A DNA stretch of 63,798 bases, the filler included, from Octopus bimaculoides (taxonomy: Eukaryota), in NCBI RefSeq assembly GCF_001194135.2. It is 9 parts of 7 records of this genome, joined end to end, with 100 filler letters (N's around TTAATTAATTAA, not from the genome) between each part and the next. Parts side by side here need not be neighbours in the genome. Positions count along the whole stretch, not along the records: positions 29,055 to 53,712 come from NC_068982.1; 8 more parts are not named here. One strand, written 5' to 3'. Every line of letters begins with the position of its first letter. Position 1 is the first letter of the stretch. Below are positions 35,935-49,440 of this stretch, in pieces. The notes under the pieces were generated by a model, which was not told the origin of the DNA, did no database searches, and worked only from the letters and a program-made list of their open reading frames with translations. The position numbers and the translations under genes were made by a program.

Positions 35935-36592
35935 GGTGTCCACAAAGTCTGGGTATGCATCTAATGAGAATCAAGAGAAAGAGATAATTCTGGAAAGAAA
36001 CCTAGAGACAAACAAAGGATCAAAAAAAAAAGAGAAAGAGTGTCAACAGAAAGAATGCGATAGAGAAACAGAGAGAGACCGTATGATAGACTGGGTAATA
36101 AAGAGATGCACATGTTTAAAGTGAGATTAGGACATGTAAAGATGTAGGCACAGAGAGATAAGGAGAGAGTCAGAGAAAGGGCAAATGAAAGGTGTAGTAC
36201 AGAGTGCAAATAGGTGTTGAGAAAAAAAGTGAAAAATGAAATTTTTATGTTTTTTAATCTGAAACTTATCGGCTTCTTTGTATTCTTCTTTAGCCCCACG
36301 AATGAGCCCCAGAGGTAAAAGTTTTCTAGCTGTCACCAACCTAAAATTTATTCCAGGTATATTTTAAGACTGTTATTCATTTATGAAGACGGTAGGGCGG
36401 GAAAATTGAAGTGGATGGTTGACTCTTTGTCCCAGTAGGTCGAAGAAACCATACAGAGAGTCGCTGATGGTTTATTCCAGACCAAAGGAGTCGGCTTTAA
36501 CAGCACTCTGAACACACTTTAAACATTGCTGGTCATAGCTGACTAGTTTCTTGAATGCATTGGGACGTTTGGAAGCTCGCTAAGCAAGAAAG

Positions 36593-36651
<59 letters not shown>

Positions 36652-36654
<3 letters not shown>

Positions 36655-37294
36655 ACAGAGCAAAAACGTGACAGAAACATATGAAATGCTCCTGATTACT
36701 TACGGATTAACTTTTTCGGTGACACAAGAGGTCCAAAGACAGTAGAGAGAAAGTGAGTGAAATTGAGAGATATGGAAGGAAGGAAGAGGTCAGAATATCA
36801 GAGCTAGTTGAGAAAGTTCGCAATTTTTGGAATGAGAACAGTTGTTTTTCTATAAAGACAATACACATACAGTTTGAAGTTGATATGGCAACTATACACA
36901 GAATTATTCATGAAGACCTGAGCATGCGCACAAGTTTGTTCCTAAGGTACTCAGTAACGAGCACTCTGGTAACCAACTACTTGACAGAGATGGACATCAA
37001 AACTGTCCCTCACCCTCCCTACAGTCCAGACCTTTCTCCCTGTGACTCTTGGTTGTTCCCCAAGCTGGAAGAGGACATCAGAGGCAGTCTTTTTGAAGAT
37101 GAAGAGTTTTGGACAAAGGGCTTGGAAACTTTAGAGGTTTTCCATGCGGCTTCCATGAAGTGGCCGGAACGCTGCAACAGACCCATTGAAATCAGAAGAT
37201 CCTACTATGAAGGAGATTAAAGTTTTATACTTCCTTGAAATTAATAAATATCTCTCCCGAAAAAGTTCCAAAACTTCTGGAATGCAACTCGTAT
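36652..37294 (+). mobile_element. Internally deleted mariner element with its right TIR
   Basis: K.SKNVTETYEML, ATIHRIIHEDLSM, FVPKVLS fused directly to LVTNYLTEMDIKTVPHPPYSPDLSPCD..LFPKL. Ends AAAAGTTCCAAAACTTCTGGAATGCAACTCG-TA. Confidence 0.88.
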
Positions 37295-37319
37295 AATGAG
37301 TCAGTTAGAAAACAGAGAG

Positions 37320-37660
37320 TTAACATTATTGAGAGATACAGTGGTCAGTGAATAGTGGGCACAGTAACAATTTCCTATAAATGCAGGCAGTTGTGAGGGA
37401 GGAGTGAAAAAAAGAGTAATGGAAATAAAGAATACATGTTAATGGAATGAGAGAGAGAGAGTAGAAGATTGTCTGAGGAAATGAAATAGTTATGAGAGAC
37501 GTTAGAAAGAGAGAGGGACAAAGAGTTAAAGGAAGGTGTAGTTGTGCGAAAAGGATGAGACATGAGGAATGGGGAAACAGACGGTTAACGTGAACGAGCG
37601 TTATACAGAATAGAGAGGGATATTTATGTATGACGGGAATAAAAAAGGTCATAGGCGAGG
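37320..37660 (-). mobile_element. Very degenerate L2/CR1-like RT fragment
   Basis: Weak resemblance only (FNS..LSLSNVSHNY...SINM). Confidence 0.3.
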
Positions 37661-38366
37661 AGAAAGAAAGTTGGCTAATTTAAGGGTGTTTTGATGTCTG
37701 TACTGCTATTAAAAACGGCAGTAGTGCAGTACACATCTGGCTAATGTTTATACATTGTTCAATCCATATTGTAATATTACAGCGATAGAAAGGAACACGG
37801 CACTGATTAGCGCCACAGAATTCGGCCCTACGACACACAAAAAACCCCCTAATAACAGGAGTTGAAGAAAACGATGTTTTTGTTGGTGTTTTTTCATCTT
37901 GCTACTTTTAACATTTTTTATGAAATTCTTTTATTTTCATATACATTTTTCTTTCATTTATTTTAACATTTCCTTGTTTGTCCGGCCGTAACCAGGAAGT
38001 TTCAATCATGTTCGTATCATTTCATAGAAACACACAGAGACAAATCTGAACAAATACACACGCAGATCTTTGAAAATACGCCAACCGGTAGAAGTTAAAC
38101 CACGGAAGATGTGTACATAAAAAAAAAACATAATAATAATAACTGCTTTAAGAGTAAACAGATACAGTTAGATGAATTCTCATTTACTGACGTATCCGGC
38201 TGATGTCACATACTCAAACAATCAACAGTACGAAACAACGAAACATTTATTCACACATTCTACTCTATAATCTAAAATTATACCAGTTAAATTAATTCAC
38301 GTACATACACATATACATGCGTTTATACATGTTAAGTGATGCACATATTTACAAACTGTGATATTA

Positions 38367-38552
38367 ATACATTATTTACATTATTTACATTATTTACATT
38401 TGACGGATATTTGTCACTATCTTGTTTGTTGTTAACATAATATTTCGGCTGATATACCCTCCAGCCTTTATCAGGTGTCTTGGGGAAATATCGAAGCTGG
38501 CTTCGCATTCCGAAAAAAAACCCCATACTAATGAGAACCCAGGTTCGAAATT
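38367..38552 (-). mobile_element. Copy of the HHR-SINE family (no head), with an inverted 5' junction
   Basis: Tail plus HHR 38479-38434 (CTGATAA...GAAATATT). AATGAGAACCCAGGTTCGAAATT is present inverted at 38530-38552. Confidence 0.85.
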
Positions 38553-39547
38553 GATACAAATATACGCGTTACAAGCGTTCTTTGGTACCGTAATAGGTAA
38601 ACAATATTAAAGAATGGCTAAGGCGTGTGAGTTTACATGTACGTCTGTGCATATGTATGTATGTGTGTTTGTGCATATTTATATGCGTATATGGGCGTCT
38701 GTGTATGTAATCAATCAAAAGCGACTTCGGACTCAATTTGCAAGAAATTTTTATTCTGATCCATTACATTATACAATCTTTAAAGACTATTTTCAATGGA
38801 CAAAAGTAAACAATTGTTTGATATAAGCTGAATATTGTGTGATATAAACTGAATATTGTGTGATATGTAACACACTGCCTAAATCCCAATCTTGAGAAAT
38901 TAGGCTTCTCAAAACCAGAAAGGAGAAAACTAATTCGAAGACTAGAAATCCAATCCATCACTGGAACTGTAAAAATCTATAAAATTTTCCAGAAGTTTAT
39001 CATTTACACATATATATGAGCATGTCTAGATATGTAACTACATGCTTGAGAATACATACATAAAACATACAAATCTGCACATACATACATACATACAAAA
39101 ATACCCTGTCTTTGATGTTGAAATCCCAATGAAGGAACCTTAAAACTAGGTTAGAAATTGGTTGTTTCTCTATTGGCAAGACATTGAAATAAACTGAATA
39201 ATGACTCATACATACACATATGCTTACATGCATACATACATACATACATACATACATACATACGCACGGAGTTCATGAGTAAATTCCACAGAAAGAGCCT
39301 TGTTTCTTTGATGGCAATGGTTGTACAAAGTAAAGCGAGACTACCATAACATACATAACAAGGCATGCTGTAATAGGATGCGCGTTTGATTATTCTTCTC
39401 TATGCATGCTCTCTTAATCTAATCCTTACATAGGTAATAATTTGTGACAAGTAGGTGCTAATATAATTTTCATAACTTATAACTTGTTTATACATGCACA
39501 CACATCACCTTCACACGTACGCGCATGCTCAATTATATACACTTATT

Positions 39548-39588
<41 letters not shown>

Positions 39589-39674
39589 GTAGATACATAC
39601 GTGCATACATACATACGTACATACGTACATAAGTACATACACACATACATACATACATACATACATACATACAT

Positions 39675-40163
39675 AAATGTGCAATGGTGTCTGTGTCCAT
39701 CCAACCGATTTTAATGACTTTTAGCACATAGGTAGATCACATGCTATGACGTTCAAATAAGGCCGGGATTTTTCGAAAACTCGATAATGCTCGGTTGGCA
39801 TCGATTTTTGTGAGCTCAATCGGGCGTTTGAATGGAAATTCCCATAACGATGTTATTTTTCCTGCATCTTTTGCATTTTTTCACGTATAAAATTTCAACA
39901 AAATCAATAGAATAGTTTCCAAGGCAATGCCTTCATTTATTACTTCGGCGTTACTTCGCTGCACAAACTCCGCTCCGTCAACAAAACTCCGTCGATTGTT
40001 CTGACCATTCTACCTCCGCCTGCCACACATCTACTCATCCTGCAACAGCCTGCCGAACCAGATATAACATCTTAATGGGTAAATAGTTGGCACGGCAAAC
40101 AGGTCAGAGGTGGGCTTAACTTCAACACGGAAAACACGAGCAACGCCAGGTCCAACAGCTAGT
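39675..40163 (+). mobile_element. Non-autonomous Helitron-like element
   Basis: 3' end ACGAGCAACGCCAGG...CAGCTAG|T (CTAG terminus after a decayed GC hairpin). The 5' region CAACCGATTTT...ATGA is typical of such families as I recall them. Confidence 0.55.
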
Positions 40164-40319
40164 ACATACATACATGCATGCTTATTATTTTGTAATTATT
40201 ATCTTTAAGTGAATAGGTTTTGCTGTAATTGTGTTTACTGGTGATGCTCTTGTTCCTATTGCTGTTCTTAGCCATGCAAATTCTTTCGCTTTTACTTTCG
40301 AAATGTCTCTTCTTATCTT

Positions 40320-40494
40320 TTACCTGTTTCAGTCATCAGACTGATACCATGCTGGGGCAACGCCTTAAAGAACTTTTAGTCCTATGAACTGACTTCAGTA
40401 TCTTTCTTTTAAAGCCAATTAATTATTCAATCGGACAGTATCACCGACCTGCTAAATTACGAGAACATAAACAAACCAACACAGACACATATGT

Positions 40495-40545
<51 letters not shown>

Positions 40546-40607
40546 NNNNNNNNNNNNNNNNNNNNNNNNNNNNNNNNNNNNNNNNNNNNNNNNNNNNNNN
40601 NNNNNNN

Positions 40608-40646
<39 letters not shown>

Positions 40647-40865
40647 TATCTGTTACTCTTTTTACTCTTTTATTTGTTTCAGCCATTTAACTGCGACCAT
40701 GCTGGAGCACTGCCTTCAGTCGAATAATTCGACCCCGGAACTTATTCTTTGTAAGCCAAGTACTTATTCTATCGGTCTCTTCTGCCGAACCGCTGATTTA
40801 CGGGGACGTAAACACACTAGCATCGGTTGTCAAGCGATGGTGGGGGTACAAACACAGACACACAA

Positions 40866-40905
<40 letters not shown>

Positions 40906-41245
40906 TCGACGGACGTCTTTCAGTTTCCGTCTACTAAATCCACTCACTAGGCTTTGGTCGGCTCGTGGCTATAGTAAAAGACACGTGTCTAAGGTGCCAC
41001 GCAGTGGGACTGAACCTAGAACCATGTGGTTGGTAAGCAAGCTACTTACCACCCAGCCACTCCTGCGCCTATGAAAAATGCAATTGTCAGGATTCTTTCA
41101 GTTTCCGTCTACCAAATCTACTGATAGGGTTTTGATCGGTTCAAGGCTAAGGTAAAAGACACTTGCTCAAGGTACCACGCAGTGGCACTGAACCCGAAAC
41201 CATGTGATTGGGAAGGAAACTTCTTCTCACACAGCTACGCCTGCC
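40320..41245 (-). mobile_element. Cluster of SINE family A copies: degenerate 40320-40500, full length 40654-41069, head half 41092-41245
   Basis: Head GGCGCAGGAGTGGCTG.GTGGTAAGTAGCTTGCTTACCAACCACATGGTT; the same tail as other copies. Confidence 0.9.
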
Positions 41246-41526
41246 TCTTCTGGCTTTTTTTTTTGTTGCTTTTTTTAATCGTTACTTTTAACTATTCATT
41301 TGTTATTTCATTTTGTGTCATTGTCTCAACTTGATCGCTTATTGTCTTTTTTCGTGAAGAGCACAAATACAAGACAATAAAACACAATAAATATACAGAA
41401 ACTAGGATCTGAAGAAAAAGTCTCAAAAATAAAATGTAAATTCAAAGAAAGAAAAAAGATGGAAAATAAGTTATAGAAAGAAAAGCAAAACATCATGAAG
41501 ATGATAATAACGACAACAACGACAGC

Positions 41527-41588
41527 AAGAAGAAGAAGAAGAAGAAGAAGAAGAAGAAGAAGAAGAAGAAGAAGAAGAAGAAGAAGAA
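41527..41588. repeat. (AAG)n microsatellite
   Basis: Direct reading. Confidence 0.95.
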
Positions 41589-42227
41589 AAAAAATTTATA
41601 CATTTAATTATTCGCTGATGACGGTGATGACGACGATGATGTTGATGCTGATGATGACNNNNNNNNNNNNNNNNNNNNNNNNNNNNNNNNNNNNNNNNNN
41701 NNNNNNNNNNNNNNNNNNNNNNNNNNNNNNNNNNNNNNNNNNNNNNNNNNNNNNNNNNNNNNNNNNNNNNNNNNNNNNNNNNNNNNNNNNNNNNNNNNNN
41801 NNNNNNNNNNNNNNNNNNNNNNNNNNNNNNNNNNNNNNNNNNNNNNNNNNNNNNNNNNNNNNNNNNNNNNNNNNNNNNNNNNNNNNNNNNNNNNNNNNNN
41901 NNNNNNNNNNNNNNNNNNNNNNNNNNNNNNNNNNNNNNNNNNNNNNNNNNNNNNNNNNNNNNNNNNNNNNNNNNNNNNNNNNNNNNNNNNNNNNNNNNNN
42001 NNNNNNNNNNNNNNNNNNNNNNNNNNNNNNNNNNNNNNNNNNNNNNNNNNNNNNNNNNNNNNNNNNNNNNNNNNNNNNNNNNNNNNNNNNNNNNNNNNNN
42101 NNNNNNNNNNAGAGTATGATAATAATGCGTTTGCTTGGATAACGTCATGTAAAAGGAAACGAAATGCAAAAGATGATGTGTAAAGGATATGTGACAGTCA
42201 GGAGACTGGTACAGAGTCAGAGATGGA

Positions 42228-42274
<47 letters not shown>

Positions 42275-42739
42275 TGAAGAGAGAGAGTGAGAGTGAAAGA
42301 GAAATGAACAGAAATGGAGAGAAGCAAAGAGAGAGATTAAGTTAAAAATGTGCGGACAAAAATGAGTCGTTGTTGATGATGATAATGATGATGAAGACAA
42401 CGATGATGATGATGATGATAATGAAGAGGAGGAAGAGGAAGAGGTAGATGGTCATAGCGAAAGTAGTGTTTGTGTAGTGGTGGTAACGGGGGTAGTATGC
42501 GCAGTTGTGTTAGTGGTGATTATCATTGCTGTTGCTGTTGTAGTGGTGGTGGTGGTGGTAGTAGTAGTAGTAGTAGTAACGGGGTAACGATGGTGGTGGT
42601 GATGAAGACGACGGCGATAGAATCGGTGATAAAAATAAAAGAAAAACTGGGAGGAAGTAAATTAGGTGAATGTGAAGTGACAGTCGTGGGTGGAGGTACG
42701 GTAATGAAGGGCGAAAGGGGCGAGCTGATTCGATGAATA

Positions 42740-42850
42740 GAAGGCAGTTTTGCTTGCTATAAAAGGGACATTCTCAATTTGTGACCAATGACGATCAATC
42801 ATAGCCAATCATTAACATTCCAAACGTGGCAGCTCAAAACGCATCACTAA
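42740..42850. promoter_or_regulatory. Candidate Pol II promoter or enhancer (TATAAAAG, two CCAAT boxes, TGATTGAT on the minus strand)
   Basis: TATAAAAG at about 42760, CCAAT at about 42785 and 42805, and ATCAATCA between them, in unique CpG-containing DNA between microsatellites. Orientation is ambiguous. Confidence 0.3.
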
Positions 42851-44779
42851 GTGCGCATGTCCAACACCGACCGGGACAATTGTAACACAAAGAATTGGGT
42901 GGATGCCTCACAACCTTATTTTGTCTATTTTTCCTCCCTTTTTTTTTCCTAAATTTTTTTCTCGATAGTTTTGTTGCTGTAGTTGTTGTTATGGTGGTAC
43001 TAATGGTCATTATTATTGTAATAGTACTAGTTGTCGTATTTGCTGTTTCGATTGGTTTTTTTTTTTGGGGGGGGGGTTCTTGGAGGTGGGTGTTCAATTA
43101 TATTTGTTGAGTAATCCTCTTCATGAAAACACTATTGTTCTCTTTTTCTCTCTACTTTCTCAAATCCCCGCTCTACCTCTTGATCTTACTCTCCCTCTCT
43201 CTCTCTCTCTCCCTCTCCCTATCTATCTTCCTGTCTTTCTCTCTCACATCTGATGTTGCTCTTCTTTGATTTTAACGTTTTTGTTCTAAAGAAAATCTGT
43301 CTTTTTTTTCACCGGTGTTAATGGTGGTGTTGTTATTGTTATTGTTGATGACTACGAGGTCATCCGTTGTCCTTGTCATCCGGCTCTGTCAGTTTTTGTT
43401 CATTTTTATGCTTGCTTCTTCATTTCTTTCATTTGAATTCATTGCTACTTCCTATGTTTTAGTTGTTATTTTCGTTATTGCTATTTTATTATTGCTTTTT
43501 TATATATTTTTTGTGTAAAGGAATATGTTTGGGGTGAAACTGAAGTGGTTGTAATGGATGCTTGTCGCATTAGCAAGGCACTTTATTCTTAATTTATATC
43601 TCGTTTTGTTTTCTGAAAGAGAGTGATTTTGTAGGATCGTTATAGTTAGTGTCAAATGATGGATTTTATCAACGTGATCCCCATTCTTCTTCCCATAAAA
43701 ATAAATAAATAAATATAATAGCCGGGAAGATGGAATCACTCTTCAGAAAAAGTGCTATAGATAGACACCTGGCTTGAGCATCACCAGAAATATATAACTA
43801 AATGAAAGTATATTTTGTGTGGGATGTGCACCTTTTTGAAAGAATTGTCAGCTATAAAAACGCGGAAATACCTGTTTCGGATAATACTCATTGAGGGAGG
43901 CATGAAAATAAAACTACAGGATTTAATCCCATCCATGTGTAAAAAGTGATCTTCTACCATTTTCCTCTAGAACGATGTTGAGATTTGGATGTACCTGGGC
44001 TGGGGTAAGGGTCAGCTTGGAAGCAAGGAGAATTGCTAAACAATTTAAGTATAAATGCATAAGCGATTAGCGAAGTCAGTATTTCGGAGAGATTACTTGC
44101 ACTTCTAGCCGACAACACAGTCATAAATCGTGTGTTGAGTAACAAAACAAACACTGTCAGTTTTCCTAAAGAAAATCTGCATCTCCAAAAGCAGATGATA
44201 TTTGTGGACCCAGATTATAAGTTGACGTTAGCGTGTTATCACGTGGTTAGGCTCTTGGAATCATGATAGTAAGTTCGTAGTTCGATACCTGGACTCGACA
44301 GAGCTTTCTGTCTCAAGGACGCTTCCTTTCAGATTACTCCAGTCAACTGAGCTCCAGGTGAGTTCCGAGTTGCGTCTACTGCAGACTGGAGCATTATGGA
44401 GTACGTACTCCAAATCTTGCAAGTGCAAAATATCTAATACACTTTATGGCTACGACACATTGACTGCCTGGGTGGACTAGAAATAAGTAATCGGGTACCA
44501 GAGACCGGTTGCCGTTTAGGCAACGACAGAAGTCGGGTCATTAGAATTCTTCCGTAGTCTAGAAACTCTCCTGTGGTAATTCAGTTTATTTGTATAAATG
44601 GGCGATTGGTTCCATATCATAAATCACGCTAGAATAGTATAAGCGTTGAAAATTGGAAGAAAGTGTATTCAAAACTCTTAAGATGTTAGTCCGTATCAAC
44701 TATCATTCAAATGTCTCATGAATAATCAGGATGCACCAATATGAACTTCAGTGATCATGAAAGGGTTATCCATGTCCTG

Positions 44780-45194
44780 TACTCTTTACTCTCTTTTACT
44801 TGTTTCAGTCATTTGACTGCGGCCATGCTGGAGCACCACCTTTAGTCGAGCAAATCGACCCCGGAACTTATTCTTTGTAAGCCTAGTACTTATTCTATCG
44901 ATTTCTTTTGCCGAACCGCTAAGTTACGGGGACATAAACACACCAGCATCAGTTGTCAAGCAATGCTAGAGGGGACAAACACAGACACACAAACACACAC
45001 ACACCCACACACACATATATACACATATATACGACAGGCTTCTTTCAGTTTCCGTCTACCAAATCCACTCACAAGGCTTTGGTCGGCCCGAGGCTATAGT
45101 AAAAGACACTTGCCCAAGGTGCCACACAGTGGGACTGAACCCGGAACCATATGGTTGGTAAGCAAGCTACTTACCACACAGCCACTCCTGCGCC
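44780..45194 (-). mobile_element. SINE family A, full length
   Basis: tRNA-like head, CORE-like CCTTGGGCAAGTGTCTT, internal TA/TG tract, and tail GACTGAAACAAGTAAAAGAG. No TSD was read. Confidence 0.93.
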
Positions 45195-45599
45195 TATATC
45201 TTCATACAATTTTTCTTATATGAGTACGGTGGGATATACACAGAGCACAAGTTTCTTATATGCACGGGCTGTTAAGGAAGGTATTCTAGACAGAGAATTG
45301 GATACTGGAAGCTGCAGTTGTTCTCTGTACGAAAAAAATCTACAGGGACTGGTTTAGCAGACATGAATTTATTAGCAATACATATTCTGAAGTTTTGCCG
45401 CGAAACATATCAGTAGAATAGTGTGCGCGCGCGTGTATGTGTGTGTATGTGTGTGTGTGTACACATACGTATGCGTGTGTGTTGAGTGTGTTCTGCGTGT
45501 GAGTGCACGCGTATATGTATGTGTGTGTTGTGTGTGTATGTATGTATTATGCATATGTATAAATATATTTATGCATGCCTGTATGTTAACGAATTTTCT

Positions 45600-47450
45600 G
45601 AAGATTTTTGACTACATATTACAGAGTACCTTTTTTTTTTCCGATTAAGTAAATTTCCAGACGAATTTTAGCGATTTTCAAGGACTTTCTACGGTTGGCC
45701 ACATGTTTGGTTCTGTCTGTCTTCTGTTCTATTTTTTTTTAGGAGTGGGTGGGTCTTTTTTATGATTTCAGAAATTTAGAATGCGACAATTTTCAGTATG
45801 CTTAAATATTTCTTTAATTTTGAGGGATTCTGAGAATTCTTATACAGTTTGTTGTGATTGTCTTTGTTAAAAAGCGCCTTTTCTCATATTCCACAAATTC
45901 TTAATGATCTTCGAATTTCAGAATTATTAACATTCTGCGAAAATGATTCTACTGATTTGGTGCTTCCGATTATTTGTGAAAACTATTTTTTTTTTTCGGA
46001 TTTAGGTACACTAAGATGGTGGCTCACAACGAGGCAAGCTTTGAAAATATTTTCTTATTTTTCGTGAATTTTTATGATTAGTCAGTTTTCGATATTTGAA
46101 GGTTCTTTCAGAATGCGTGAGAAATTTTCATGATTTTCGACGATTTTTTCTATTCAGTTTCAAAGTCTTTACAAAATTTTTGATTTTTACGATTTTCAAC
46201 AATTAGAAATACTTAGTTTTAATGCTGAAGATTATATTTTTACTTTTTATTGTGAGGAATTCTGCGAAATTTTGTTAATTTTTCATAATTTTGTAATATT
46301 AAAAATAATATTAAGTTTATGTTTTTCTTTTAGTATAATTATTATTATCGTTGTGGTTGATTCCTGTCGATTTTGACAAGTTTCGATTATTTTTTATATA
46401 TTTTTCATGTTTCAGTCGGGTGGAATTGTTCTGAATTTTTTTTTCTCGATACTGGGTCTTTTTGAGAATTCGACAACTTTTGAGAATTTTTTTTGAATTT
46501 TTAAAATTTCATATTTACTTTATGATTTTTTTTGTATATTTTATGTTTCTAAGAAACCTTGAAAAGTTGCGATTATTTTTCATGGATTTTATTGATTTTA
46601 GTATCGATTTTTTTTAAGGGGGAGGATTTTGAAAGATGTCTGAATTTTTGTGTTTTCTCTTTGTCCTTTGAAAAATATTTGGCATGAGGCGAAGAAGACA
46701 TTTTTGGCAATTTTTGCATATTAAAATCATTTGTTAGGATATGGGAGATTTGGGAGGGATTTTTTTATGGTTTTGTAGAATTTTTCCCACTTTTAAATTT
46801 TTTAAAGTCTGTAGAATTTTTCATAAAGCTATAGGAATTTCTTTTTTATTATTTTGAGGATTTCCCTTATTTTCCATGATTTTTTATGATAAAAAAATGT
46901 TTGAGCATTTGTAAGAATTTGAGGTGATTTTTGATACTTTTTATAGAATGTTACCATTTTTTACGGTTGATTTTCAGGGTTTTCGATTTTTAACGACTTT
47001 TGATGATATTTCAGAAATTTCTATTTATATATTTTATTGATTTTGAGGAATTTTAATAGATTTTGATAATTGTTTTCTGATCCTTATTTTATACTCTTAT
47101 GAGGTTTCAAGAATATTTTTAAATACTTATTTCCTTGTAGCAGTGTGGATTATTTGGACTTTTGGTAATTTTTGACAATGCTTGAGTAATTTCGTTTTCT
47201 TTTCTTTTTCTTGTTTTTATTTTGAGAATTTTAAAGCATTTTTGAGTATTTATCCTTCTATTGATTTTGAATAATTTTATAGAATATTTGGCAATTTTCG
47301 CCGGATTTCAACAATTTGAAATTAGATATTTAGAATTTTGGATGATGTTGAAGATTTTGAGCAATATCTGATCATTATCGAGGGATTTTACAATCTTTTT
47401 AATGGACATCGAACAGGGCAGGATGTATTGAAATATGTCTACTATTCAAA
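45600..47450. repeat. Strand-asymmetric T-rich low-complexity region
   Basis: The plus strand is dominated by T runs with recurring GA(G)AATTTT, GATTTT and TTTTCGA words and few C. Confidence 0.75.
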
Positions 47451-48577
47451 ACTGTGGATAAGTTGAGAAAGCAAGATGAGGTGGTGCTCTTATAGCTTAT
47501 CCATCGGATAGTATTGCAATACATGGGTGAAAGTCAGGAACAGGCACAAAGGTCCCGCTTAAAGACCCATTTCATACTGACGTAGATATTTAGCTCGTCG
47601 TCATGACCATAAGTCTATCTGTGTGGAATAGTGCATGATAGGAACAGATTCAGTTGCTAGACGTGTTGTTGTGAAGTTCGTCTGAGTGTCTCCTGCTAAT
47701 AAGAAGTTAAATAAAATGAAAAAAGGAAACCAAGGTGCAGTGGACAATATTAACATGCCACGGCGTTTGGTGTTGGTTCTGAGTCTATCTGTGTTACGGT
47801 TCCTCACACCTTTGTGGATGGTGTATTCTTATATCTTCTTGAATTTTATATATATATATTTCCTCTCATTACCTAATTCACAAATCGTTATCATTTAGGG
47901 AAAAGGGAAATAGAATGTATCGCAGCAATGCAATTTTTTTTAAAGTGCCGATTTAAGTGGAGAAAAACGGCAGATAGTTAAACTAATCTGCCAAGTTTAA
48001 CATAAAGCAACCGTATATATTTTTATCAGAGTCCATTCTCTTTCAGCGGAGTGACCAATAGCTACGTTTTTGGTAAATCAATTCCATAATATAGTATAAC
48101 ACTACACTGAAATATTTTCGGTCCTCTTATGGCTACTGACTCACACTTTAGAGAGGTACAATTGCACATACTTTTACATTTTCTTTTTTTTTTCTAAACT
48201 TTGATACCAAGGGGAAATGAGTCCAATATATATTTTTCTTTGCGACTATCCTGAACGCGAAAGATTTAAGCAGAATACACCTAATATAAATCGCCTAATT
48301 TCGATTCCAGTTACTTTATATCGATTTTATACACTTGGAAGCGAAAGACCTGAATGTTTCAGAATCTTATGTTTTCTTACCTATATAAATGTGAGGTTTA
48401 AAAATGCAATATAAAGCTTCGCTTTTGAAATTAAAATGATATAAGAGTGACAACTTACTTGATAATATAATGCGAAAATCATAAAGCAAACGTCACAATG
48501 ATAGAAAACAGATTAAGAATTAGTTCACAATTTAGCGGGCACTCTACTACTGAGTTCACTTATCTATATATTCTTAC

Positions 48578-48961
48578 AGGAGGCGCAATGGCCCAGTGGT
48601 TAGGGCAGCGACCTCGCAGTCGTAGGATCGCAGTTTCGATTTCCAGACCGGGCGTTGTGAGTGTTTATTGAGCGAAAACGCCTAAAGTTCCACGAGACTC
48701 AGGCAGGGGGTGGTGGCGAACCCTGCTGTATTATTTCACCACAACTATCTCTCTCACTCCTTCTTCCTGTTTCTGTTGTACCTGTATTTCAAAGGGCCAG
48801 CTTTGTCACACTCTGTGTCACGCTGAATCTCACGGAGAACTGCATTAAGGGTACACGTGTCAATGGAGTGCTCAGCCACTTGCACGTTAATTCCCCTAGT
48901 AGACATTTCCGTTCATCGGATAAACTGGAACCCTCGTCGTTGTAACCAATGGAGTGCCACG
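48578..48961 (+). mobile_element. SINE family B, full length with a 12-bp TSD
   Basis: TSD ATATATTCTTAC at 48566-48577 and 48962-48973; A and B boxes intact. Confidence 0.95.
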
Positions 48962-49394
48962 ATATATTCTTACTGATGCTGTTATATTATCACTCCTCGA
49001 TGCTGGGACTGTAAACAATAATATAGAAATTACCAATGCTTACTTTTGCTTGTAATTGTTGAATTCATTTCCTTATTTATAAAGTCTCAACTACCACACC
49101 TCAACTTATATACCAGATGACGTCTTTTCAGCTTTGCTCTACAGAAGTTTGAGATATGTACTTTGTCGTGCGAGAAAGGTTTTATTAAAAAAAAAAAAAA
49201 CTAAATTAGCTAAGCTACAAGAGTACGAGTACTGAAATTCTTGACACAAATTCTCTACCTGACACGTCTTTCAATTCTCTCAGCAAAAGCCCTGCGAGTG
49301 GCATCAACAACATCTTCTGTTTCTTTCTCTTAAAAGGTCAGATTTTATTCATGTAATAGAAACGGATAACTAAAATAAAAGAGAGACATGTGAC

Positions 49395-49440
<46 letters not shown>
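49395..49440. repeat. (TAG)n microsatellite
   Basis: Direct reading. Confidence 0.95.

Noticed and set aside
35930-35960. Tc1-like TIR TACAGGGTGTCC (and a similar end near 25545-25566)
   Set aside because: Isolated ends with no partner TIR or transposase visible, so not enough to delimit an element.
45335-45350. Partial match to miR-10 (CCCTGTAGAT, minus strand)
   Set aside because: Only about 10 nt match and there is no precursor hairpin.
47530-47898. Hydrophobic short ORFs on both strands, and a possible C/D snoRNA or SECIS on the minus strand
   Set aside because: No recognisable domain. The candidate exon has early stops in all frames, box C is imperfect with no terminal stem, and SECIS geometry does not fit.
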